Shown piece by piece: positions 40,020 to 48,036 of a DNA stretch of 64,000 nt. This DNA comes from Bacteroidales bacterium. Lineage in GTDB: Bacteria; Bacteroidota; Bacteroidia; Bacteroidales; VadinHA17. The position numbers and the translations under genes were made by a program. Every line of letters starts with the position of its first letter. The first letter of the stretch is position 1. The stretch is taken from the NCBI GenBank assembly GCA_029974835.1, contig JARKQN010000089.1, positions 4,499 to 68,498 of the forward strand. The letters are read 5' to 3'. The notes under the pieces were generated by a model that worked only from the letters and a program-made list of their open reading frames with translations, had not been told where the DNA came from and did no database searches.

Positions 40020-40903
40020 ATCAGATTCTCTTTTTTAAGGTAGTCCTGTATTTTCTTCTTAATTTCGTCTGCCAGGGGCAGTAGCGGCAGTCTTGGATTT
40101 CCCCCGTAAAGGCCTGCAAGGTCCATAGCATATTTTACGGCTGCAACGCCTCCGGTACCTGAAACGGTTTTGTTAAGCTGGATAACTCTTTCATTAAGTT
40201 TAAATGCTTCCTCGTACTGCTTCGACACGGTCAGTTCGTAAAGACGGCAGGTGATGTCGGGGAATACATTTGCCAGGGAAATAACGCCCCCCGGTGCTCC
40301 CATGATAAGTCCGTTGACGAAGAAATTTGCCGAACCCGGCATCACGTTAAAAACATCTCTGACCGCAAACAGGAAACTTTCGATATTTCCCGTTGAGGAA
40401 TCTTTCAGTCCCACAATATTCGGATGTTTTGCCAGTTCTTTTACCAGGCTTACCGAAAGGGTGGTACCGCCGCAGAACTGCGGTGCATTGTAAACAAGGC
40501 AAGGAGTATTTAAGCTGTCGGCCACATCGGTAAAATACCTGAGAAGAACAGGATCTGTCATTTCCTTTTTAAAATAGGAGGGGGGGAGGAGTGTGATAAA
40601 ATCTGCCCCGAGTCCCTGCGCTATTTTGGCAAATTCGATGGTTTCCTTTGTCGATTCGAAAATACAACCTGCCATTACGACTTGTCCGGCACCCTTGTTT
40701 TTGATAATTGTTTCCAGGACCTTCTCCTTTTCGGAGTTGGTAAGGCTTTTATTTTCGCCGTTTGAACCAAGGGCAAGGTATCCCTTCAGTTTTGACTTGG
40801 CATAAAATGCCATGTTTTCACGGAGTTTATCATACGCCACTTCGCCCTTATCGTCGAAAGGGGTTGTAACAGGCGCAAATACTCCCATTAATTTTTTTTC
40901 CAT
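40016..40903 (-). CDS. DapA/NAL-family class I aldolase (dihydrodipicolinate synthase-like; 2-keto-3-deoxy acid aldolase or dehydratase candidate)
   Basis: 295 aa with GVFAPVTTPF, GSNGE and the Schiff-base Lys context VGLKDSS. Confidence 0.75.
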   Translation of the reverse strand: MEKKLMGVFAPVTTPFDDKGEVAYDKLRENMAFYAKSKLKGYLALGSNGENKSLTNSEKEKVLETIIKNKGAGQVVMAGCIFESTKETIEFAKIAQGLGADFITLLPPSYFKKEMTDPVLLRYFTDVADSLNTPCLVYNAPQFCGGTTLSVSLVKELAKHPNIVGLKDSSTGNIESFLFAVRDVFNVMPGSANFFVNGLIMGAPGGVISLANVFPDITCRLYELTVSKQYEEAFKLNERVIQLNKTVSGTGGVAAVKYAMDLAGLYGGNPRLPLLPLADEIKKKIQDYLKKENLI

Positions 40904-40927
40904 GATCAGATATTTTTTGGTTAGTAC

Positions 40928-42262
40928 TTATTTTTGTCCCTTAGCTGCATTCATGAACCTCCTCTGGTAAGTGATCACCTGAGGCGTAGTGGTGAATTTG
41001 GCAAGATATTCAGGTTCGGCAGTTATAATTACCCTGTCGGTCATGTCGGCAAATTCGGGTTCTGCAAGAAGCTTGTCAATATCAGGATAAATTTCCTCTC
41101 CCTCCATGCTGCAGATAATTAGCCGGGTATCGGGGAGGTTGGCGCTGCGCAGAAGTCTCAGGTTATGGCGAACGGCATCCAGTCCGTCGCTTCCTTCAGG
41201 GTTTTCATAATTTCTGTATTTCAGAATCCTTTCAGCGGTTTTTCTCACATCATCAGGATCCATTGAGGAACCTGAAGGCGGGAAAAAATCCTTTTCAATG
41301 AAAAAAGTCCTGAGTTCTTCAAGGATTTTTTTGTCGCCGGTAAGCCTGAATTCATCAAGATAGTTTTTTATAGCCCTGCTGGTTGCTGCGCGGTGCCTTA
41401 CAAATGAATTGATAAAATAAGGTTTTGCCTGGAGGGCAAGGGCTGTCTGGTAGGGTTCAAACATCAGTGTGAAATTAATCCTGAATCCTTTTTCGTGGAG
41501 CAGGAGGGCGAGATTATGCCCCCTGAATTTATCCTTTGTTGTTCCACCGTCGTATGGTGTGTGGAATTTTTTATCGCCTTCCAGAAGCTCTTTTACATTT
41601 TCACTGTTAACGGGGCCGGTATGAGGAACTTTAATTACAACGCGGTATTTTGAGAGCATTTCCCTGAATTTCTCGGCTTCTTCAATCAGTTCGTCAACAG
41701 AATCCGAGAACGGATTGTTAAGTTCAACGGAGATATCGCATCCGGGGCCCAGTATGTTGCCAATCTCCTGTATTACCTCATCCCTGGTTTTAAATTTGTT
41801 TCCAATGTTTGCCTTTGGATTTTTGATGAAGAGGTCATAAATAATACCCGGGTTACAGGTCAGGTTTGAGATAATGTTTTTAACAGAGATGATTTCATAC
41901 GGATTGGCGCTGTCGGCAGAAAAGAGAACCCTGGTGGGTCGTTTTATGCCGTTTTTATCGTATGAGATATTCCGCACAAGATCTATACGCAGAAGATTGT
42001 GGCCGCTTAATTCATACTGAATTTTAAATCCTGCGGGGGTTTCGCCGGCCGGGGTTTTGAAAAAATCTATTATTTCACGAAAGTTACGGGTGACTCCGAC
42101 GTATTTCACATGGTTTTTGAGGAAAGTGAAATGTTCTTCGGAAAGGGGGGTGTTCAAAACCCTGTTTACATATTCCTCTTCGCCGTTTATTACTGAAACA
42201 GTATTTTCCCTGTTATCGTAAGACTCCAGAAGAGTTTTAAGATAAATATTCATTTTGTTCAT
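40928..42262 (-). CDS. Divergent transaldolase/fructose-6-phosphate-aldolase-like protein with N- and C-terminal extensions
   Basis: 444 aa. The core aligns by eye to Tal/FSA motifs: FSADSANPYEI...LTCNPGII (compare FLDTAN...TTNPSL), VVIKVPHTGP (compare IKIPxT with the Schiff-base Lys) and INFTLMFEPYQTALALQA (compare N.TLIFS..QA). Confidence 0.5.
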   Translation of the reverse strand: MNKMNIYLKTLLESYDNRENTVSVINGEEEYVNRVLNTPLSEEHFTFLKNHVKYVGVTRNFREIIDFFKTPAGETPAGFKIQYELSGHNLLRIDLVRNISYDKNGIKRPTRVLFSADSANPYEIISVKNIISNLTCNPGIIYDLFIKNPKANIGNKFKTRDEVIQEIGNILGPGCDISVELNNPFSDSVDELIEEAEKFREMLSKYRVVIKVPHTGPVNSENVKELLEGDKKFHTPYDGGTTKDKFRGHNLALLLHEKGFRINFTLMFEPYQTALALQAKPYFINSFVRHRAATSRAIKNYLDEFRLTGDKKILEELRTFFIEKDFFPPSGSSMDPDDVRKTAERILKYRNYENPEGSDGLDAVRHNLRLLRSANLPDTRLIICSMEGEEIYPDIDKLLAEPEFADMTDRVIITAEPEYLAKFTTTPQVITYQRRFMNAAKGQK

Positions 42263-42384
42263 AGAAAGGCGATGTAAATATTAGCAAAACATGTTAATAT
42301 CACTTTAAAAGACAACCCTTTATACCCGGACCGATTTTTATCCCTGAACCTTGATCACACAGGGACCTGTAATTATCCTGAAGT

Positions 42385-42414
42385 AAAAAAGGGCAGGCAG
42401 ATTATTGCTGCCTG
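42385..42414 (-). terminator. Intrinsic terminator overlapping the stop codon of the DUF362 gene
   Basis: On the minus strand the sequence reads CAGGCAG-CAATAAT-CTGCCTG then CCCTTTTTT. The 7-bp GC-rich stem is followed by a T6 tract. Confidence 0.6.
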
Positions 42415-43553
42415 TTCCGGTTGTCGGGCTGTGCGGGAGCCTGTTGCGGTGGCCTCTGTGGCTGCGGCAGATTCAGGGGGTCTTTCCATTCGAGCTGTGA
42501 GGCAATGTTTGATCCCATTTTATAGTTAATAATACTTTTATCGGGATCCTTATCGCCTATGATTTCAATTTTGTCCCTGTCCATATTACCTATTCCTGCA
42601 GCAGCGCAGTAATTGATATATCCCACATTTTCAAGCGGTATCCCCATAAGGCGGGCGCACATGCTGTCGATGGCAACGGCGTCAAAACCGGCCAGGGCAA
42701 CCCTGTGATCAACCGGAGTGCCGCTGATGGGGCCGTTACCTTCCATGCCTTCAACACCATCGATAATTGTAAAATCGGGCCTGACCCCCTGGGCCATCAG
42801 AAACATGTTATAGTGCAGCCAGCGCGAACCGCCTGCGTGCATGTTTCTTTTATAGCTTATCGGTCTGCCTCCATTCACCACGGTGCCGGGATTCAGGGGG
42901 GCTGCCATGGTTATGTTTTTTATACCACCGGTCATTACCACGGTATTATGGGTTTTAAGCCTTGAAAGAGAAATGATATAATAATCGGGATTGGCGAAAA
43001 TATCTGCGATTTCAATTTTATCGAGGTGAAGATTCCGGTCGATGATAAAATATGGTTTCCCTTTGTTTTCTGCATTAAGGTCTACAAATCTGATATTATA
43101 GTCCTTCTCAAGGTCGGTGTAACCGTAGTTTTTAAAGCCGTCGGAAGAATTGACGCTGGAGCTTGATTCGGCTATAATGATCTGGCCCTTGTAGAAGGGT
43201 TTGACATATTCAAGCAGGGCGCGCAGGGCATCTTTGTGTGTTGCACACAGGTCCCTGTTTGTAACCACCATATTTGGTTTGATCACCAGTTGTTTTTTCT
43301 TCAGGCCGGCCTTTAATTCCTTATCGAAAGGTTTGATTACCTCGAACATCATATGCATGCGGTCGGTTCCTGTGGTAAATGATACGGGGCTGCGTCCGGA
43401 AAAATTTGTGGGTTTGGCAGGAGCATTTTTCACGGAGGGATCTGCAGCGAGTACGTCGCCGAATCCGGATGACAACATTGCTGCGGAGCCTAAACCCAGC
43501 ATCCTGAGGGCATTTCTCCGTCCTATAACCAGTTGTTTTTCAGATGAACTCAT
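42402..43553 (-). CDS. Tat-exported DUF362-domain protein with a Pro/Gln-rich C-terminal tail
   Basis: 383 aa with Tat-like GRRNALRMLGLGSAAML. The DUF362-like core is QLVIKPNMV...IIIAESSS. The tail is LPQPQRPPQQAPAQPDNRNRQQ. Confidence 0.6.
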   Translation of the reverse strand: MSSSEKQLVIGRRNALRMLGLGSAAMLSSGFGDVLAADPSVKNAPAKPTNFSGRSPVSFTTGTDRMHMMFEVIKPFDKELKAGLKKKQLVIKPNMVVTNRDLCATHKDALRALLEYVKPFYKGQIIIAESSSSVNSSDGFKNYGYTDLEKDYNIRFVDLNAENKGKPYFIIDRNLHLDKIEIADIFANPDYYIISLSRLKTHNTVVMTGGIKNITMAAPLNPGTVVNGGRPISYKRNMHAGGSRWLHYNMFLMAQGVRPDFTIIDGVEGMEGNGPISGTPVDHRVALAGFDAVAIDSMCARLMGIPLENVGYINYCAAAGIGNMDRDKIEIIGDKDPDKSIINYKMGSNIASQLEWKDPLNLPQPQRPPQQAPAQPDNRNRQQ

Positions 43554-43673
43554 AATCCTGTTTTTTATTTATTGACTTTATATAATTTAAAAACCATATA
43601 ATGTGTAATTTCCAGCCTGCCAAAGCCTCCCCGGATATAAAAGGGGTTTCAGGAAGGCTGGTTTCCCGTGTAA

Positions 43674-44729
43674 TTATCTCTGCTGGGGTCTTGCCTTGGC
43701 TGCCTCCATCCGCTCTTTTGCGTAAGCCTTTATAAATTCGGGAGAAGGAGCGGCCTCAGGTTCATCTTCAAAGAATTTCTTCATATTGTCGGCATTCTTG
43801 ATGAGCCACTGGGTGAATTCCTCATTCATAGCGGGAGTAAAACCGCCGTCGGCCTGCTGGGCAGTCCATCTGCCTTCCCTTAAGCCTGCATGAGCAAATA
43901 CATCCTGAAGCCTTGTTCTTTCAGATGTTTCAACAACTCTCTGTGCAAGGTGAGGAGGGATGAAAACAACCCCTTCGCGGGTACCGAGAACAATGTCGCC
44001 CGGCATTACTGTGGCATAACCGATCTGAATGGGACAATTAATCCCAACCACCAGGTTGGAACTGTTTGCCTGCGGTCTGAAGTCGCGTACCATTACGTTC
44101 CATTTCGGATCAACACCCAGGTTACCGTACAGATCGCGGAGAGTTCCTCTGATTACTGCCCCGTTTCCTGTCTTGGTCCAGATTGTTGTTCCAAGGTTAT
44201 CTCCCACATGTGATGCGTCGAGTATGCCCTCACACACATTTGCAACGTAGACGTCGCCTGCCTGAAGCTGGTCGATACCCCATACATACTGTCCTCTGGA
44301 TCTGCCTTCCTTGTCGCCTTTCTGCTGGATAAAAGCATTCAGGTCGGGCCGGTAGGGCATGAACTGGATTGTGGAAGCCCTTCCGCAGATGACGACATCC
44401 TCTCTCATCATTTTGAATCCGCCGTAATACTGGTTTGAATAAGTTGGTCTTCTCATTTCGCCGAAGCTTATGGCTCCCTGTCCTTCGTTATCGCTCATCC
44501 CGTTAAGAATCTGCCAGGCCTCGGTAACTGAAACATATCTCATACGTCTGATGATATCGTCAGAAACCTTAGGCCTTCCGTCGGGAAAACGTTCGCCCTG
44601 CCAGCGGCCCGTATAATACTCCATTTCCTCTTTTGTAAGTGAAAAGGGTTGGGCTGTAGCAGAAATATCAAATATCAACCCTGCAAGAACAGCAAGGAAA
44701 AACGAATAAAGCGGGAATCTGATTTTCAT
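43674..44729 (-). CDS. Secreted RraA-like / HMG-aldolase-fold protein (paralog 2)
   Basis: 351 aa with a signal peptide (FFLAVLAGLIFDISATAQ). It shares the N-terminal extension motif with 31832-32764 (RWQGERFPDGRPKVSDDIIRR...EAWQIL) and the core motifs GDNLGT, GTLRD and ATVMPGDIVLG..EGVVFIPPHL. Confidence 0.65.
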   Translation of the reverse strand: MKIRFPLYSFFLAVLAGLIFDISATAQPFSLTKEEMEYYTGRWQGERFPDGRPKVSDDIIRRMRYVSVTEAWQILNGMSDNEGQGAISFGEMRRPTYSNQYYGGFKMMREDVVICGRASTIQFMPYRPDLNAFIQQKGDKEGRSRGQYVWGIDQLQAGDVYVANVCEGILDASHVGDNLGTTIWTKTGNGAVIRGTLRDLYGNLGVDPKWNVMVRDFRPQANSSNLVVGINCPIQIGYATVMPGDIVLGTREGVVFIPPHLAQRVVETSERTRLQDVFAHAGLREGRWTAQQADGGFTPAMNEEFTQWLIKNADNMKKFFEDEPEAAPSPEFIKAYAKERMEAAKARPQQR

Positions 44730-44837
44730 GGTATGTCCTCCGTTATTTGGTTATGTTTACTAAGTGGATGTTGCCGCAATACATGTTTATTAAGATTTAT
44801 TGTTGAAGTCTGTTAAATTATACCAAATTATCTATAA

Positions 44838-44851
44838 TGCAACCGGTTGCA
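44838..44851. promoter_or_regulatory. Perfect 14-bp palindrome TGCAACCGGTTGCA (LacI/GalR-type operator candidate)
   Basis: It lies in the 168-bp gap upstream of the RraA-like gene (start 44729). It fits the TGnAAnCGnTTnCA pattern. Confidence 0.4.
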
Positions 44852-44897
44852 AAATGAAAGGGGGATATTTTAATTATTATTAACATTTATCGGGTAG

Positions 44898-46193
44898 TTA
44901 CTTCCTGATCTTTTGCTCCTTTGGTTTTGGTTCTCTCTGGCTCCAGAAGCTGGCAAGGGAAGAGGCTGCTATATTCATCCAGGTGCCGAAAATAAGAGGT
45001 GCAAGAGCTGCGGCCTGGCTTTTAAGCACGTCGTATGCCAGCCCTACTGCAAGCCCTGAATTCTTCAGTCCGACCTCGATGGTGAGAGCTCTTACATCCT
45101 CGTCACTTAGCCTCAACAGCCTGGAAGTTCCGTAACCCAGGCCGAACCCTATTAAGTTATGCATAATTGTAGCGATAAAAAGCGCAGGTCCTATTGTGAG
45201 CAGGGTGGCCTTATTGTGCGCCGCAACTATGACAATATAAAGCATAATTGCGCCGAGGGATAGTTTCGGCAGAACGAGGTCCATCCAGTTTTCAGGACCC
45301 TGTGTGCGGCGTATTACGATAATGGTTACTGATACAATGGTGACTGCCCATGAAACAAGAATCAGACCTGTCTGAAGAGATTTAACAACGGCCGGGAAAG
45401 GAATAAAGATTATTATCAGGCCTGCGATGAAGGTGGCAATTCCGAGGATAATCATATTTGCATCCTTTTTGACCCACTCCATTTTGCCGTAAAGGATTTT
45501 ATTCGCAATTATACCGGCAAAAATCGGGATCAGTATCATGTTGACGATGCTGAGCATCATATTGGTGGCATTAACCTCAATAAGCTGGCCGGCAAATGCC
45601 ATCATTAACAGGGGTGTTACAACCGGGGAGAGGAGAGTGGCGAAAGTTGTAACCGTAACCGACAGTGCCAGGTTTCCTTTAGCAAGGTATGTCATTACGT
45701 TTGAGGCAACACCTCCGGGGCAGGCTCCTACCAGGATAATACCGGCTGCAACTTCGGGAGGAAAATTCCATACCTTTATTATAAGAATGGCTGCAAGAGG
45801 CATCAGGATAAAAACCATTACGGTTCCGGCAATCACCACCAGGGGTTTTGAAAGTTCCTTTATGAAATCGCCTATGTTCAGCTTTGTGCCCATCCCGAAC
45901 ATAATCACCTGAATTGAGGGTACAATAAGTTTATTTGTGTTGAAGCCCCAGTTGGTGAACATTTCGGGAAAGTAGAGTGTGAATGAGACAAATGCAAAGA
46001 TTTGCAGGGTAAATGACAATCCTTTGAATTTCTCTGATTTCTGCGCGCTGAAAGCCAGAGCGTAAAACATTGCAAACAGTACCAGTCCGGAGACGGGCAG
46101 ATTACCGTTACGGGTGGCAAGAAGGAGGATTTCAGCTATGGCCAGCAGGCCTGCAAATGCAAGATACATTTTTACTGCGCCGGAGTTTTTCAT
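44898..46193 (-). CDS. Bile acid:sodium symporter (BASS)-family inner-membrane transporter
   Basis: 431 aa and polytopic. The segments GIILVGACPGGVASNVMTYLAKGN and TIEVGLKNSGLAVGLA resemble the two BASS core repeats. Confidence 0.65.
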   Translation of the reverse strand: MKNSGAVKMYLAFAGLLAIAEILLLATRNGNLPVSGLVLFAMFYALAFSAQKSEKFKGLSFTLQIFAFVSFTLYFPEMFTNWGFNTNKLIVPSIQVIMFGMGTKLNIGDFIKELSKPLVVIAGTVMVFILMPLAAILIIKVWNFPPEVAAGIILVGACPGGVASNVMTYLAKGNLALSVTVTTFATLLSPVVTPLLMMAFAGQLIEVNATNMMLSIVNMILIPIFAGIIANKILYGKMEWVKKDANMIILGIATFIAGLIIIFIPFPAVVKSLQTGLILVSWAVTIVSVTIIVIRRTQGPENWMDLVLPKLSLGAIMLYIVIVAAHNKATLLTIGPALFIATIMHNLIGFGLGYGTSRLLRLSDEDVRALTIEVGLKNSGLAVGLAYDVLKSQAAALAPLIFGTWMNIAASSLASFWSQREPKPKEQKIRK

Positions 46194-46209
46194 ATTGAAT
46201 TAAGGTTTT

Positions 46210-47145
46210 TCAGGTGGATAAAAACTTAATCACAGTATCCTTAATCTGTTCAGGTTGTAGTCCGTATTTACCAAGAAGTTCTTCATAAGGGCCGTTGCTT
46301 GCGTAGAAATCACCGATTCCGATCATTTTCATTTTTACCGGGTATTCCTGGCTGCATAATTCTGCAATTGCACTGCCAAGACCTCCGGCTATGAAATGTT
46401 CCTCCACTGTTACTATCCGGCCTGTTTCCCTGGCAGCCTTAAGAATAAGGTCCCTGTCGAGAGGTTTGACGGTATGAATATCAATAAGTCTGACGCTGAT
46501 GCCTGATTTTTCAAGAAGCCCGGCTGCTGCGACGGCCTTTGAGAGAACGGTCCCTGTTCCTACAAGGGTCACATCACTACCCTCTTTCATTACTATTCCC
46601 CTGCCTGTGGTAAAGGTTACGTCTTCAGGATATAGGACCGGCATTTTAGGGCTTCCTATTTTCATATAGCAGGGCCCTGTATGATTTATCATGGCATGCA
46701 CGGCTTTCCTGATTGTGACCGGATCTCCGGGATTGAATATAGTAACGCCCGGAATTGTTCGTATAATGGCGACGTCATCAATTGAATGGTGTGTTGACCC
46801 CAGCTGGTCGTAGGTGAGTCCGGCGCACCTCCCCACCACTTTCACGTTCTGATTCATATAACCGAGGTCGTTGCGGAACATTTCAAAAGGTCTGGCAGTG
46901 ACAAAGGGGGCGATGGCGGCGAAAACAGGTATTTTTCCCGTTGTGGCAAGTCCGGAAGCAAAACCGATTACACCCTGTTCCATTATGCCGAATTCAAAAT
47001 GTCTGTCCGGGAATCTTTCGGGGAAGGCTCCCAGTCCCGATCCGGAACTGCTGTCGGCAGACAGGACCACCACATTGGGATTTTTCTCTGCAGCTTCAAT
47101 GACAGCCTCACCGAAAGTTTTTCTTGGATCTTTCAGTTCATTCAT
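46210..47145 (-). CDS. Transketolase, C-terminal (pyrimidine-binding) subunit
   Basis: 311 aa with FGIMEQGVIGFASGLA and GSTHHSIDDVAIIRTIPG motifs. It overlaps the N-terminal subunit gene by 8 nt. Confidence 0.88.
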   Translation of the reverse strand: MNELKDPRKTFGEAVIEAAEKNPNVVVLSADSSSGSGLGAFPERFPDRHFEFGIMEQGVIGFASGLATTGKIPVFAAIAPFVTARPFEMFRNDLGYMNQNVKVVGRCAGLTYDQLGSTHHSIDDVAIIRTIPGVTIFNPGDPVTIRKAVHAMINHTGPCYMKIGSPKMPVLYPEDVTFTTGRGIVMKEGSDVTLVGTGTVLSKAVAAAGLLEKSGISVRLIDIHTVKPLDRDLILKAARETGRIVTVEEHFIAGGLGSAIAELCSQEYPVKMKMIGIGDFYASNGPYEELLGKYGLQPEQIKDTVIKFLST

Positions 47146-48007
47146 TTCCGGTAATACTTTTCAGTTTCTTTTTCAGTGAATTTTCTATTTCATCGAGGTC
47201 CTGTTCAGCCCGGGTCATTTCCTCCGGGGTAGCTTTCCAGTAATGGTAGTTAACTTTTCTTTCGGCAAAGCTCAGGCCTTTTGATTTTATAGTGTCCGCA
47301 ATAATTACGGAAGGTTTTCCCTTTTCAAAAGGTAACTCCCGGGCATTACTTATGATAGAATTGAAGTCATGGCCGTCGATTGTTCTGACACTCCATCCGA
47401 AGGAGCGCCATCTTTCCTCAAGAGGCTCATAGTTCATAACCTTTGTGGTAGGGCCGCTTATCTGCAGCTGGTTTCTGTCGACAAATACAAGTATATTTTC
47501 TATTTTGTGCATTGATGCAGCGGCGGCAGCTTCCCAGTTTGAACCTTCTGCAAGTTCACCGTCTCCCATTAAAACAAAAACTCTGGCAGGTGATTTGTCC
47601 ATTCTAATTCCCAGAGCCATTCCTCCGGCAATTGAAAGGCCATGCCCCAGAGCTCCGGTATTTGTTTCAACACCCGGAAGTTTATGCATATTCGGATGGC
47701 CTGGAACCGGGCTGTCGAGAGCACCGTAGGTATCGAGGATAGATAAATCAAAATAACCTCGTTCTGCAAGGGCAGCGTAAAGGACAAGGCATTTATGGCC
47801 TGCAGAAAGAACAAAACGATCTCTTTCCGGCCACCGTGGGTTGGAAGGATCGTTGTTCATAATATTAAAATAGAGTGCGGTTACGATTTCGACTGATGAA
47901 AGGGCGCCGCCTACATGGCCGGCTTCTCCGGCTCTTATAAGCCTCAGGATATGCCTTCTGATTTTAAGGGCTGTAAATTCAAGATTCAGTAATTCCAATT
48001 GATCCAT
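47138..48007 (-). CDS. Transketolase, N-terminal (thiamine diphosphate-binding) subunit
   Basis: Motifs GHVGGALSS, SAGH and GDGELAEGSNWEAA (ThDP/Mg motif) are present. I prefer Met35 (MDQLELLN...) because the track start at 48109 would overlap rpiB2 by 73 nt. Confidence 0.85.
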   Translation of the reverse strand: MDQLELLNLEFTALKIRRHILRLIRAGEAGHVGGALSSVEIVTALYFNIMNNDPSNPRWPERDRFVLSAGHKCLVLYAALAERGYFDLSILDTYGALDSPVPGHPNMHKLPGVETNTGALGHGLSIAGGMALGIRMDKSPARVFVLMGDGELAEGSNWEAAAAASMHKIENILVFVDRNQLQISGPTTKVMNYEPLEERWRSFGWSVRTIDGHDFNSIISNARELPFEKGKPSVIIADTIKSKGLSFAERKVNYHYWKATPEEMTRAEQDLDEIENSLKKKLKSITGNE

Positions 48008-48036
48008 CTGAAAACCTGGTTGCTGCGAATAAATAT

